Below are positions 38,819-52,755 of a stretch of DNA of 63,458 nt, piece after piece. Origin of the DNA: Octopus bimaculoides (lineage: Eukaryota); contig NC_068984.1 in NCBI RefSeq assembly GCF_001194135.2, forward strand, positions 5,257,365 to 5,320,822. Reading direction: 5' to 3'. How positions within the stretch are numbered: position 1 is the stretch's first letter; the number at the start of each line of letters is the position of its first letter. Made by a program: the position numbers and the translations under genes. The notes under the pieces were generated by a model. That model had not been told where the DNA came from, made no database searches, and was given only the letters and a program-made list of their open reading frames with translations.

Positions 38819-40064
38819 TAGATGACTTACATACTTACATACATACATACACACATACCTACCTACCTACCTACCTACCTACCTACCAACCTACCTACCT
38901 ACCAACCTACATACATACATATATATATATATACATGCGCACACACACACACACATACACACACACACACATATATATATATATANNNNNNNNNNNNNNN
39001 NNNNNNNNNNNNNNNNNNNNNNNNNNNNNNNNNNNNNNNNNNNNNNNNNNNNNNNNNNNNNNNNNNNNNNNNNNNNNNNNNNNNNNNNNNNNNNNNNNNN
39101 NNNNNNNNNNNNNNNNNNNNNNNNNNNNNNNNNNNNNNNNNNNNNNNNNNNNNNNNNNNNNNNNNNNNNNNNNNNNNNNNNNNNNNNNNNNNNNNNNNNN
39201 NNNNNNNNNNNNNNNNNNNNNNNNNNNNNNNNNNNNNNNNNNNNNNNNNNNNNNNNNNNNNNNNNNNNNNNNNNNNNNNNNNNNNNNNNNNNNNNNNNNN
39301 NNNNNNNNNNNNNNNNNNNNNNNNNNNNNNNNNNNNNNNNNNNNNNNNNNNNNNNNNNNNNNNNNNNNNNNNNNNNNNNNNNNNNNNNNNNNNNNNNNNN
39401 NNNNNNNNNNNNNNNNNNNNNNNNNNNNNNNNNNNNNNNNNNNNNNNNNNNNNNNNNNNNNNNNNNNNNNNNNNNNNNNNNNNNNNNNNNNNNNNNNNNN
39501 NNNNNNNNNNNNNNNNNNNNNNNNNNNNNNNNNNNNNNNNNNNNNNNNNNNNNNNNNNNNNNNNNNNNNNNNNNNNNNNNNNNNNNNNNNNNNNNNNNNN
39601 NNNNNNNNNNNNNNNNNNNNNNNNNNNNNNNNNNNNNNNNNNNNNNNNNNNNNNNNNNNNNNNNNNNNNNNNNNNNNNNNNNNNNNNNNNNNNNNNNNNN
39701 NNNNNNNNNNNNNNNNNNNNNNNNNNNNNNNNNNNNNNNNNNNNNNNNNNNNNNNNNNNNNNNNNNNNNNNNNNNNNNNNNNNNNNNNNNNNNNNNNNNN
39801 NNNNNNNNNNNNNNNNNNNNNNNNNNNNNNNNNNNNNNNNNNNNNNNNNNNNNNNNNNNNNNNNNNNNNNNNNNNNNNNNNNNNNNNNNNNNNNNNNNNN
39901 NNNNNNNNNNNNNNNNNNNNNNNNNNNNNNNNNNNNNNNNNNNNNNNNNNNNNNNNNNNNNNNNNNNNNNNATATATATGTATCTATATCTATCTATATA
40001 TACATATATATATATATATATCTGTATATAGTGACATGCATACATACGTCTATATATGTATGTG

Positions 40065-40107
<43 letters not shown>

Positions 40108-40278
40108 CGTTCTGAGTCTGTATGAAAGATACAGTTCATAGTTACTCTGTCTTTATAGAAGTCAAGTTCTGTTACACACACACATACACACACACATATA
40201 TTACCATATGTATTTGAGTGTATTTGCATGTATGTTTTATTATTATTATTGTCATTATTATTATCATCATCGTTATTA

Positions 40279-40309
<31 letters not shown>

Positions 40310-40660
40310 GCAGTGGGAATCAAGTTACAGCAGAGTTGTTAATTTTCGTTTCGTAAATTAACGCTTGGTAAAGATATAGCGTAATCCTTTGTGTACAATT
40401 TTTTTTCAGAATTCGAACAAAGCGTACTAACTAGGGAATACATTGATACGAAGAGTTAATAAAAATATTAGCAAAAAAAAAAAACAGCACACAAAATAAG
40501 TTAGTGTCAACGATTCGAACAATTATTCTATGTCTATACAATAAACGTGATGAATTTTTCCAGGAGTTGAGAGTTCAGAACCAATGTGTTAAGAATATGG
40601 AATGGTGCTACTATGACAATGTACTTTGTCTCTAAATCTCTCTATCTCTCTATCTATCTA

Positions 40661-40693
<33 letters not shown>

Positions 40694-40710
40694 GTAACTA
40701 TCTATCTATC

Positions 40711-42903
40711 TCATGGCGGTGGAAGTGCGGGACGCGATGGCAGAATGCTCGAGGGACAAATTGCCGGGTTTGGATGGTCTACCCTACAAGCTTTACAGTT
40801 GTATGCCAGACTTTTTTGGAAATGTCTTGGCAGCAGTGTACTGCAACGGACAGCGAAACGGGAGCATCCCCGGTTTTGCGAGCCGAGGAGCCATAACACT
40901 GCTGAAGAAAGACCCAAACAAGGGGGACGTAATAGATAAGTTTAGGTCCATCACTCTTCTCAAAGAAAACTTGTAAATTTTGGCAAAGGTGTTAGCCAAG
41001 AGGTTGGAGCTTGTCATCGAGAAACTGGTCGACAAGGCGCAAACGTGCGCCGTGCCGGGCCAGAGCACCCATGACAACCTCCATCTGATGCGCTACATCA
41101 TATACAGGGTAGTTAAGGAAACTAGCATGGATGATAAATTTGGATCAACCCAAAGCTTTTGATAGGGTAGACCATTGTTACTTAGAAGCTTTCCTCATAG
41201 CGGCTGGTTTCGGTCCCGTCTTCCGTGGCTGGATAGCTGCTTTGTACAGAGGCATCCGTTCGGTATTTCGCGTAAATGGACATCTATTGGGACCCTTCGA
41301 CATTGCAAGTTCCGTCCGTCAAGGATGCCCGCTCTCGTCGCTTCTGTACGTATTGACTCTCGAGCTACTACTGCGGAAAATGGTGATGCTGAGGGGTATC
41401 CCGCGAGAATTAGGATGCGGGACGAGCGTGTCTACATACGCGGACAACGTCACTGTCGTAGTGTCTAGCCAGAAGCACACTGAACTGGTCGGCGAGACAC
41501 TAAAAGACTACGAAGCGGTAACAGGAACAAAAATCAACCAGGACAAGTCAGTGGGCTTGCGGATCAGCACCTAGAGAAGCAAGCCCATGCCGTCCACCAG
41601 CGCTTCCGTCGTGGAACACTGGACCGACGGTCCGGTCGATTTGCTCGGTGTCTGGTTCGGTTCGGACCTCCTAATGGAGAAGAACTGGAACGAGATAACG
41701 AGTGGGGTGGTCACTCTCACTCGGCGATGGGCCAAGAGGAAGCTGTCCCTAAAAGACGGGCGGAGGTGGCGAACACGTACATCGCTTCCGTCATCTACTA
41801 TCGCTTGACTGTTGTGCCTTGTCCCGACCCTACTATCACCAAACTAGAGCGCATTCTCTTTCGCTTCTTGTGGAAAGGATGCGTTCCGATGGTCAGGCGA
41901 TCCGTTTGCTGCCCGCCCGTTGAAAGGAGGGTTGAGCATGCTGTGGTTGGTGATGCGCAGACACGCGCTGAGACTGCGACATCTCTGGCTCTACGTAGAC
42001 GACGGTGAACATGTGTGGTCGCCGTTTGTGAGGTGCGTTTTCCCGCAGTTCGTCTCCATGACAGAACTGCAGTCGTGGATCAAAAAGAAGCCGAGGAAGG
42101 GCGAATGGCACCGTGAGTGTCGCGTTGCTTTCAAGCAACTATGCCGCCTCGGGTCGATCTTGAGCGATTTCAACACAACCAAAGCGTTCTATAGGGGATT
42201 AGTGGAGGAGAGGTACGACAACGATCTCGGAGCGAACCTGGGCGTCGATGAGGAATGCCTGACCCGCCTGTTCAAGACGACTTTCAGGCCGGACCTATGG
42301 ACAACCTCCAGAGATCCCTGGCCTGGCAGTGCTATCGAGAAGCGCTACCCGTTCGGGATAGGCTCTACAGGCATGGCTCGAGAAACCCGGGGACCGACCT
42401 ACTCGAGATACGGTCAGAGCGATGAAACCGTTCTGCACGCACTCGTACAGTGTCCAACCATTTCCGACCTGTGGGCCTATGTCGAACGACTGCTATCGCG
42501 TGTGGGACGAGTCCGTCTATCAGCAGAGTCTATCGTGAATATTGTCGTGCCTCCTTCTTTGAAACGGGAAGGAAGAGCTATTTTAATCGTACTTGTGTCT
42601 ATGGTGAAAGAATGTGTATGGTGGACGCATCTAGAGACAAAGACTTGCCTCTCTGGTCAATCTCTCATCAACTTCTTCAAGTATCATTTGAAGGGGAAAG
42701 TGAGAATAGAGAGGGAAGTTTTGTCTAGTGAATGTTTCAAAAAAGATGGGTGAATGTAGCAAGGATGGCAGGTGTGAATGACGGAGCCAGCTTGAGCATA
42801 AGCCTATGAACCCAAAAAAAAAAGGAAAAAAGAGAGTCACTTACTGTAATGTGTTTTGTATTTTGTCCCCTTTGTGTTCAGCCCTGTATGGCCACTAAAG
42901 AAA
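40711..42903 (+). mobile_element. Tx1/L1-clade LINE, 5'-truncated and pseudogenised ORF2 (RT plus C-terminal zinc knuckle) with 3' end
   Basis: PGLDGLP, LDQPKAFDRVDH, VRQGCPLS, YADNV (YADD variant), RFLWKG...KGGL, ETVLHALVQC; several stops and frameshifts. Confidence 0.93.
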
Positions 42904-42904
42904 C

Positions 42905-43125
<221 letters not shown>

Positions 43126-44151
43126 CTGATGATACACTTGTTGTATAGATTAAAATTTTGTTATTTAGAGTTTCCTTCAACGAAGTATTACCTTGCAAAA
43201 TCATTCTGCGCTGTCCTATAATGCTTATCCCGGAATGAAAATCGTAATCATATGTTTATATTTGCTTTTATATGTTGTGATATAATAAAACCCAATACCA
43301 TAAACCATATTTATGCGTATGCTTTTTGGCCTATAGCTGTACTGACCCTATGGGGAATACCAGCGACTCAATGTGAAAGTTCTAAACTACGTCTGATACT
43401 AGATAATATACGTGTTGAGATTATGTATAATACTAAATGATGTAAAATATGTAATTTATTCAGCGACAAGAAGAAGCTGACATTACGTCAATCCATGAGC
43501 TGAAATTTTCACAAAATATCGACATTTCGTGAAATATCTACTTAAATTTTAGAAATTCACTCCACCATCGTATTGAATAATAAACATTTAAGATCTGGTC
43601 AAAGTATGATTAGCAGTGAAGGTAAACATCCCATCACTATCATTCCCTTTTTCTCCATGACCACTACCTCTAACATCAAAATCAACCAATTTTTATTAAC
43701 GTAAACATTACTAAAGATACAAACTTGTACTATGAGTAATAACTACAACATATGCAAGGCTACTGTGACTACGAAGTACACCCCTTTGTCTACCACCGCT
43801 ACCATAATCTTCACTACAACCAGCAGAACGCAACATCAAACATTACGATCACAAGGAACTGTAAGAACACCATTAGCACCACCGCCAACAACGTGCAACA
43901 ATAACAAAGAGAAGTATTATGAAAACATACATAAACATATAATGATAGACCACCACCATCACCACCAGCAAGAATAAGAACACTACCACCGTCATCCCGA
44001 AGACCACCATCAACACCGCCTTAAATAACAACAACAATGTGAAAATATGTGCGTGATTTGTTAAAATAGTTGCTGAGTAAGAAAACAGAGGCGCTGGTGG
44101 ACGTCATGGGCTTGCTTCTCCAGGTGCCGAGCCGCAAGCCCACTGACTTTG

Positions 44152-44457
44152 TAGTAAATATTGTTTGCCAACATAACATGGCAGTCCTGGTTTAAGACGA
44201 ATGCTGCTGTAATTTAGCCCCAGGAGACATTGTCTCCAGCTGGCTATACGACATGATCTGTGTCCTTATATTTTCGAACAAGAGGTGCTAGATTATATTT
44301 TCGAACAAGTGGGCGTGCTAGACTCCCTTGTTCGAAAATATAAGGACAAAGATCGTGTCATATAGCCAGCGGGAGACGATGTCGCCTGGGGCTAAATTAC
44401 AGCAACATTCGTCCTAAACCAGGACTGCCATGTTGTGTTGGCAAACAATCTTTACTG
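44152..44457. mobile_element. Palindromic MITE with about 130-bp arms
   Basis: tagtaaatattgtttgccaac... / ...gttggcaaacaatctttactg; the centre carries a tandem duplication of tatattttcgaacaag..gtgctaga. Confidence 0.8.
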
Positions 44458-45299
44458 AAAATAATTAGTTCGTCAGATCTGAATTTCTATAGATTGCGGT
44501 GAACGTTAGTAGGAAGAAATAAATTTAATGAATTTTACTATTGTTTTGTTAATCCCTCACAAATTCCCTACTAATATGAAACGAAATTTATATATAATAA
44601 TCATAATTACTTTCTTGTTTCTTCTTTTGACCTATAAAAGCACAACATTTTTATATGAATCACTCACACTCTGCTATGATGAAACAAAAAATGATGAAAC
44701 AGTTGTGTATTATTAGAGAGATTCTTAAATAATAAATACATTGTTTTCTCAAATATTGAGTTCATCAAACATACGAGAACCGATATTGAGTGTTGAGCAA
44801 CTTCTACGAATAAAAATTCGCTGTTCTGTTCACAGTTTACTGCACAAATACAGTTTTATTATGTGATCAACGATGGGTGAAATACGTCCGGACTGCAGGT
44901 GATTGTCAAAAGCACGTGTCGGCTAAAAAAAGGAATTCTTCCGGAACGTTCGGAGTAGCATTGTGTGTGTGATTGTGTATGTATGTGTGTGCTTGCGTGT
45001 GTGTATAAGAGCTGCCAATGCTGTGTAGGGAAAAGGTCTGTTTCGTAACAAATTGGTTTCGTGTTCCGTTCTTCAGCGCAAAGCATTGGACATATGAATT
45101 TATGATGATCAGCCCATTAAATATGTATATATCTGTGTGAGCTATTGTACATTTGTACATACAACTGTAAGTTAGTATGCATATATATATATGTATATAT
45201 ATACATATATATAAATATATATATATATATGTATATATATACATAAATATATATATATATATGTATATTTATATGTATATACATGTATGCATATGTATG

Positions 45300-45338
<39 letters not shown>

Positions 45339-46043
45339 NNNNNNNNNNNNNNNNNNNNNNNNNNNNNNNNNNNNNNNNNNNNNNNNNNNNNNNNNNNNNN
45401 NNNNNNNNNNNNNNNNNNNNNNNNNNNNNNNNNNNNNNNNNNNNNNNNNNNNNNNNNNNNNNNNNNNNNNNNNNNNNNNNNNNNNNNNNNNNNNNNNNNN
45501 NNNNNNNNNNNNNNNNNNNNNNNNNNNNNNNNNNNNNNNNNNNNNNNNNNNNNNNNNNNNNNNNNNNNNNNNNNNNNNNNNNNNNNNNNNNNNNNNNNNN
45601 NNNNNNNNNNNNNNNNNNNNNNNNNNNNNNNNNNNNNNNNNNNNNNNNNNNNNNNNNNNNNNNNNNNNNNNNNNNNNNNNNNNNNNNNNNNNNNNNNNNN
45701 NNNNNNNNNNNNNNNNNNNNNNNNNNNNNNNNNNNNNNNNNNNNNNNNNNNNNNNNNNNNNNNNNNNNNNNNNNNNNNNNNNNNNNNNNNNNNNNNNNNN
45801 NNNNNNNNNNNNNNNNNNNNNNNNNNNNNNNNNNNNNNNNNNNNNNNNNNNNNNNNNNNNNNNNNNNNNNNNNNNNNNNNNNNNNNNNNNNNNNNNNNNN
45901 NNNNNNNNNNNNNNNNNNNNNNNNNNNNNNNNNNNNNNNNNNNNNNNNNNNNNNNNNNNNNNNNNNNNNNNNNNNNNNNNNNNNNNNNNNNNNNNNNNNN
46001 NNNNNNNNNNNNNNNNNNNNNNNNNNNNNNNNNNNNNNNNNNN

Positions 46044-46194
46044 ATAATAATAATAATAATAATAATAATAATAGTAATAATAATAATGATAATAATAATA
46101 ATAATAATAATGATGATGATGATGATGATGATAATGATGATAATAATAATAATAATAGTAATAATAATAATAATGATAATGATAATAATAATAA

Positions 46195-46257
<63 letters not shown>

Positions 46258-46363
46258 CGATGCTGTTGTTGATGACTATGATGACTATGATGATAATGAT
46301 GAAAATGATATTAATAATACAGTTAATAGAAGCTATAACAAAAACTACTATTACTACGATAAA

Positions 46364-46417
<54 letters not shown>

Positions 46418-46735
46418 GTGCTTATGTCGATGATGATTTATGAAAATGATGCTGTTGACAACGACGACGACGATGATGATTGATGACGATGATGATGATA
46501 ATGATGATGATGATGATGATGACGTTGAAGATGACAATAATGACCATGATCAAGGTTATTCAAATAATAATATTCATAATGATATCAGCAATAATAAGAA
46601 TATGCAACGATAAGGGAGATGATGTCGATGTAAACTATGATGATGATGACGATGATGATGATGGTGATGACGATTATGATGATGATGATGAAAGTGATAA
46701 ATGGCGATGATATATGAGGCTACTGTTGCTACTAC

Positions 46736-46767
<32 letters not shown>

Positions 46768-46810
46768 ATGATGAGGATGATGATGATGGCGAAGATGGCG
46801 ATAATAATTA
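46044..46810. repeat. Mosaic (AAT)n/(GAT)n/(CTG)n trinucleotide region
   Basis: Read directly. Confidence 0.95.
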
Positions 46811-46836
46811 TCCTTGAACGTCATTATCGCTATTTA

Positions 46837-46915
46837 TTACTCGTGTTTCAAGCCGGGGACGCCATCTGCGCAGGGGCCGGGTGGGGTGGTCTGGATGTTG
46901 TTGGGTTGCGGGTAC
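46837..46915 (-). CDS. Candidate last coding exon fragment of an unidentified gene (YPQPNNIQTTPPGPCADGVPGLKHE*), 5' part lost in gap 46916-47613
   Basis: 20 of 25 codons end in G/C in an AT-rich context; tandem TAA TAA; only 25 codons visible. Confidence 0.45.
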
Positions 46916-47613
46916 NNNNNNNNNNNNNNNNNNNNNNNNNNNNNNNNNNNNNNNNNNNNNNNNNNNNNNNNNNNNNNNNNNNNNNNNNNNNNNNNNNNNN
47001 NNNNNNNNNNNNNNNNNNNNNNNNNNNNNNNNNNNNNNNNNNNNNNNNNNNNNNNNNNNNNNNNNNNNNNNNNNNNNNNNNNNNNNNNNNNNNNNNNNNN
47101 NNNNNNNNNNNNNNNNNNNNNNNNNNNNNNNNNNNNNNNNNNNNNNNNNNNNNNNNNNNNNNNNNNNNNNNNNNNNNNNNNNNNNNNNNNNNNNNNNNNN
47201 NNNNNNNNNNNNNNNNNNNNNNNNNNNNNNNNNNNNNNNNNNNNNNNNNNNNNNNNNNNNNNNNNNNNNNNNNNNNNNNNNNNNNNNNNNNNNNNNNNNN
47301 NNNNNNNNNNNNNNNNNNNNNNNNNNNNNNNNNNNNNNNNNNNNNNNNNNNNNNNNNNNNNNNNNNNNNNNNNNNNNNNNNNNNNNNNNNNNNNNNNNNN
47401 NNNNNNNNNNNNNNNNNNNNNNNNNNNNNNNNNNNNNNNNNNNNNNNNNNNNNNNNNNNNNNNNNNNNNNNNNNNNNNNNNNNNNNNNNNNNNNNNNNNN
47501 NNNNNNNNNNNNNNNNNNNNNNNNNNNNNNNNNNNNNNNNNNNNNNNNNNNNNNNNNNNNNNNNNNNNNNNNNNNNNNNNNNNNNNNNNNNNNNNNNNNN
47601 NNNNNNNNNNNNN

Positions 47614-48250
47614 GTCCTTCCTTCCTTCCTTCCTCTCTTTCTTTCTTCCTCCTTCCTTCCTTCTTTTCTACCATCCTTCCTTCTTTCCTTCTGTCCTTCC
47701 TTCCTTCCTTCCTCTCTTTCTTTCTTCCTCCTTCCTTCCTTCTTTCCTGCCATCCTTCCTTCCGTCATTCCTTTTTTCTTTCCTACTATCCTCCTTTCCT
47801 TCCTTCCTTCCTTCCTTTCTCGTTCATGTCATCTCTCGTTCTCCCTTCTTTTTCTCTCTCCATTATTCTCTCTTTGCCTTTCTTTCTCTCTCTCTCTCTC
47901 TCCCGTCTCTCTCCCTCTCTTTCTCTCTCTCTCTCTCAAGCCTACTTCCTTTATTTCTCTCTGTCCTTCCCTCTCTCTCAAGTAAGCCTACTTCCTTTCC
48001 TTCTCTTTCTCTCTCTCTCTCTCTCTCGTTCTCTCAAACCTATTTTATTTCCTTCTCTCTCTCTCTCTCTCTTTCTCTCTCTTTCTCCCTTCTCTCTCAA
48101 GTCTACTTCCTTTCCTCTCTCTCTCACTCTCTTACTCAAGCTTGCTTTCTCTCCTCCCCCTTTCTCTCTTCTTCCCTTCTCTCACTTTAGGGTTTCGTTC
48201 TCTCTCTCTCTTTCTCCCTTCTCTCTCTCTTTCTCCCTTCTCTCTCTCTT
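47614..48250. repeat. (CTTC)n/(CT)n polypyrimidine-polypurine tract
   Basis: Read directly. Confidence 0.95.
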
Positions 48251-48370
48251 NNNNNNNNNNNNNNNNNNNNNNNNNNNNNNNNNNNNNNNNNNNNNNNNNN
48301 NNNNNNNNNNNNNNNNNNNNNNNNNNNNNNNNNNNNNNNNNNNNNNNNNNCACACACACACACACACATA

Positions 48371-48520
48371 TACGACGAGCTTTCAGTTTCTGTCTACCAA
48401 ATCCACCTACAAGGCTGTGGTTGGCTTGAGGCTATAGTAGAAGACAATTGCCCGAGCCGCCATGCAGTGGGACTGAACCTGGAATGTGGTTGGGAAGCAA
48501 GTTTCTTACCACACAGCCAC
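48371..48520 (-). mobile_element. SINE family A 5' half
   Basis: tttcagtttctgtctaccaaatccac...cttaccacacagccac. Confidence 0.85.
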
Positions 48521-49472
48521 AATAAACAAGGTTATACTTCAGCAATACACAAATTATTTTCAAAATTTCGTTATACACTTTATAATAATGTTTCCTTCTT
48601 AAAATACAATGGGAATTTTTGAAACATTGAATGGCTATGAGGGTCCAGAAAAATAAAACAGGAATCAGAAAGAGTTCATAGAGTAAAACGGCGGAGAAAT
48701 ACAGCACTTGGGGGCTGTCTCAAACGTGGTACTTAGTTACATCTCCCGAGTTCAAATTCCCCGTGGAAAAGGAGAAAATGAAACAAATATGGATGACTTG
48801 TTCCGAAACATCCCCGAGTGGGAAACAGTTCTCAAAAATAACCCCAATTGTTTTCTCCGCAAAATTTCTGTGTCCTCAGAATCTACATGGTCCGAGGTAT
48901 ATTTGTAGAGAATTTCATTAAAAAATATCCATTTTCCCCACAGTTAAGACGAATTGAATTGGACTCCGGTGAATTTTTCGAAATTCCCCACCCCACTTCC
49001 TCCTAAAACTTTTTTCTCCAGAAGTTTTCTATATTCGGAATCTACGTGATATAATATTCGTAGAAAATTTCATTAAAAAATATTCATTTTTCTGAAAGTT
49101 ATGATCATCCGAAGTCGGGGTGTGGGTAGGCAGAAATCTATAGTTACGCCTGTTTCGCTTATCTATGGAATATTAATAACGACCATCACCACCGTAATAC
49201 CAACGGAAGGATTTCGAACACACTAACGACAAGAAAACCCGAAAGAGTGTAGCAACGACCGAAAATGTAACCTTGTTATTCTTATAAGGAATAGCGACAC
49301 CAGTATCGTCATCATCATGAGCAGCAGCAGCAGCAGCGGTACAAGCAACAATATTAATGGCAGTAACAACAGTAGAAGAAATCCGTTTAATATGTCTGCC
49401 TCCAAATAGTGCCAGATGGAAGGAGCAATCCAGTATGGAAAGGAACAGTCAAAATAGCTAATGCAGAAAAAT

Positions 49473-49890
49473 ATTCTTTTCTAATCTAGGCACAAAACCC
49501 GAAATTTTGCGGGAGGGAAGCAGTCGATAAGATCGCTCCGAGTACGCAACTGGTACTTAATTTATCGACACCGAAATGATGAAATGCAAGGTCGATCTCG
49601 ACGGAATTTGAACTCAGAACGTAGCGGTGAGCATTTCGCCTGGCATGCTAACGTTTCTTATTTCTTTATTACCCACAAGGGTCAAAATACAGAGGGGAGA
49701 AACACGGACAGACAAACGGATTAAATCGATTACATCGACCCCAGTGCGCAACTGGTACTTATTTAATCGACCCCGAAAGGATGAGAGGTAAAGTCAACCT
49801 CGGCGGAATTTGAACTCAGAACGTAGTGGCAGACGAAATATTGCTAAGCATTACGCCCGGCGTGCTAACGTTTCTGCCAGCTCGCCGCCT
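49473..49890 (-). mobile_element. Heterodimeric SINE B with a 17-bp TSD around the whole dimer
   Basis: Junction at 49658/49659; TAATGCAGAAAAATATT (49459-49475) versus TAATGCACACAAATATT (49891-49907). Confidence 0.87.
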
Positions 49891-50445
49891 TAATGCACAC
49901 AAATATTGGAACAGTTTAAGCAGCGAGGCATAAACCAACATATCGTTGAAGCATGGATGTTTTGGAACGACTCCAAAACCTATATACTATTCCGCTACAT
50001 AAATATATTTCACTACACAACATTAAAAACACATCCAAACAAATATAAAACCAAACAAGCAACTGTAAAAATATCTTAAGGCTGTCATATCTTAATATTT
50101 TATCGATGTCTATTATTGCACTGAAATGTTTATACAGCAGCAAAAACAACAACAATAATAATAACAGATTGATAATTTCTTATAATAGCAACACTGTTTC
50201 CATACATATTATTAGACTATATACCATCTTTCATATTTGTTCTAGTTTTTGTTATGTTTATCATTATGTTTTCGTTGTTATTGCATTGTTTTGTCGGAGC
50301 TCTTCCAAGACTCACTCAACAATCTCAAGAAACAGCAAGTTGGGCATTTTATTGTAGGTGTTACTTATGATCAGGTAAAGATATATTTCAGAGAAAAAAG
50401 GCCAGTTACACATGATTTAGATTTCAATTAAAATTTACTGTAATA

Positions 50446-50535
50446 TTTGCCTAGTACTTATTATATCGGTTCTCTTGCCGAACTGGTAAGTTACGGGGCA
50501 CTTAAACGCACCGGCATCTGATGTCGGGGGAACAC
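50446..50535 (-). mobile_element. SINE family A 3'-half fragment
   Basis: cctagtacttattatatcggttctcttgccgaact. Confidence 0.7.
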
Positions 50536-50821
50536 ACACACACACACGCACACACACACACACACACACACATACACACACATACACACACACACACACA
50601 CACACGCACACACAAACACATATGTATATGTGAATAAATATGTGTACATGTTGATATTATCATGTGTGTTAATATATCTTTGTTCACCGATCTGTAGGTC
50701 AGGTGAAATATAAACACAATTATCAAACTATACAGAAAAACGAAATGGCCTTCGCTATTTCAATTTATTTGTTGAAAGATTTTCTCTAAGTGGATTTCTT
50801 TTATTCTTTAACTATGTATCA

Positions 50822-50898
<77 letters not shown>

Positions 50899-51559
50899 NN
50901 NNNNNNNNNNNNNNNNNNNNNNNNNNNNNNNNNNNNNNNNNNNNNNNNNNNNNNNNNNNNNNNNNNNNNNNNNNNNNNNNNNNNNNNNNNNNNNNNNNNN
51001 NNNNNNNNNNNNNNNNNNNNNNNNNNNNNNNNNNNNNNNNNNNNNNNNNNNNNNNNNNNNNNNNNNNNNNNNNNNNNNNNNNNNNNNNNNNNNNNNNNNN
51101 NNNNNNNNNNNNNNNNNNNNNNNNNNNNNNNNNNNNNNNNNNNNNNNNNNNNNNNNNNNNNNNNNNNNNNNNNNNNNNNNNNNNNNNNNNNNNNNNNNNN
51201 NNNNNNNNNNNNNNNNNNNNNNNNNNNNNNNNNNNNNNNNNNNNNNNNNNNNNNNNNNNNNNNNNNNNNNNNNNNNNNNNNNNNNNNNNNNNNNNNNNNN
51301 NNNNNNNNNNNNNNNNNNNNNNNNNNNNNNNNNNNNNNNNNNNNNNNNNNNNNNNNNNNNNNNNNNNNNNNNNNNNNNNNNNNNNNNNNNNNNNNNNNNN
51401 NNNNNNNNNNNNNNNNNNNNNNNNNNNNNNNNNNNNNNNNNNNNNNNNNNNNNNNNNNNNNNNNNNNNNNNNNNNNNNNNNNNNNNNNNNNNNNNNNNNN
51501 NNNNNNNNNNNNNNNNNNNNNNNNNNNNNNNNNNNNNNNNNNNNNNNNNNNNNNNNNNN

Positions 51560-51589
<30 letters not shown>

Positions 51590-51590
<1 letters not shown>

Positions 51591-51756
51591 TACGACGGGC
51601 TTCTTTCAGTTTCCGTCCACCAAATCCACTCACAAGGCTTTGGTCGGCCCGAGGCTATAGTAGAAGACACTTGCCCAAGGTGCCACGCAGTGGGACTGAA
51701 CCCGGAACCTTGTGGTTGGTAAGCAAGGTACTTACCACACAGCCACTCCTGCGCCT
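51590..51756 (-). mobile_element. SINE family A 5' half, close to consensus
   Basis: Reverse complement of ggcgcaggagtggctgtgtggtaag...gaaagaagcccgtcgta. Confidence 0.92.
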
Positions 51757-52033
51757 GCCCCTCTCTATCTATCTCCATCTCTATCTATCTATCTCTACGT
51801 GTATGATACTAGTAAGGCCGTGAAGAATCAACATAGCACAACTTTATTACTAGCTACATTTTTTTCTGTACCACTCCATTTCTAACTGCATTCTACTGCT
51901 ATGCGAAAAAGTAATTCACTATGTTCAGTTAGTCATATCGGAATGACACTTCATGAAACTAGCAGCAAGTCGTGCCCCTCCGACATAATTAACCATACAT
52001 ACAGCGTAACGTTTTAGCAGGAATCATTTAGAT

Positions 52034-52450
52034 ACGCAGGAGTGGCTGTGTGGTAACTAGCTTGCCTACCAACCACATGGTTCTGGGTTCATTCCCACTG
52101 CGTGGCACCTTGGGCAAGTGTCTTCTACTATAGTCTCGGGCCGACCAAAGCTTTGTGATTGGATTTGGTAGACGGAAAACTGAAAGAAGCCCGTTGTATA
52201 TATGTATATATATATATATGTGTGTGTATGTTTGTGTGTCTGTGTTTGCCCCCCCCCCTCGCCCCCAACATCGCTTGAAAACCGATGCTGGTGTGTTTAC
52301 GTCCCCTAAACTTAGCAGTTCGGCAAAAGAGACCGATAAAATAAGTACTAGGCTTCCAAAGAATAAGTCCTGGGGTCGATTTGCTCGACTAAAGGCGGTG
52401 CTCCAGCATGGCCACAGTCAAATGACTGAAACAAGTAAAAGAATAAAAGA
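52034..52450 (+). mobile_element. SINE family A, full length
   Basis: Head, core and tail all present. Confidence 0.93.
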
Positions 52451-52755
52451 GAGAGTATACAATCATGGTCCAAACGGAGGGCTACCGAAAGAATTGTAAT
52501 AACCAACCACATCCATTCTTCGTCTTCTTACTTGTATTACACGTTGTTACGCGTAACACTTATACACTGTCAGTGATGAACCTTGAGATTCAGCACCGAC
52601 GGACTTTGTATTTTTCTATCAGTTGCAATATCCTACAAGTTCGTAGTAATGAGTGCTGCATTGTAAGGAAATACACTCATTTTCTACCCTATCAAGCCTT
52701 ACAACACGATATAATATATACATTTGTATGAGTGTATATAACATGTAGATAAATA

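Noticed and set aside
40713-42753. Cluster of ORFs up to 277 aa as a host gene
   Set aside because: They are successive frameshifted pieces of one Tx1 ORF2.
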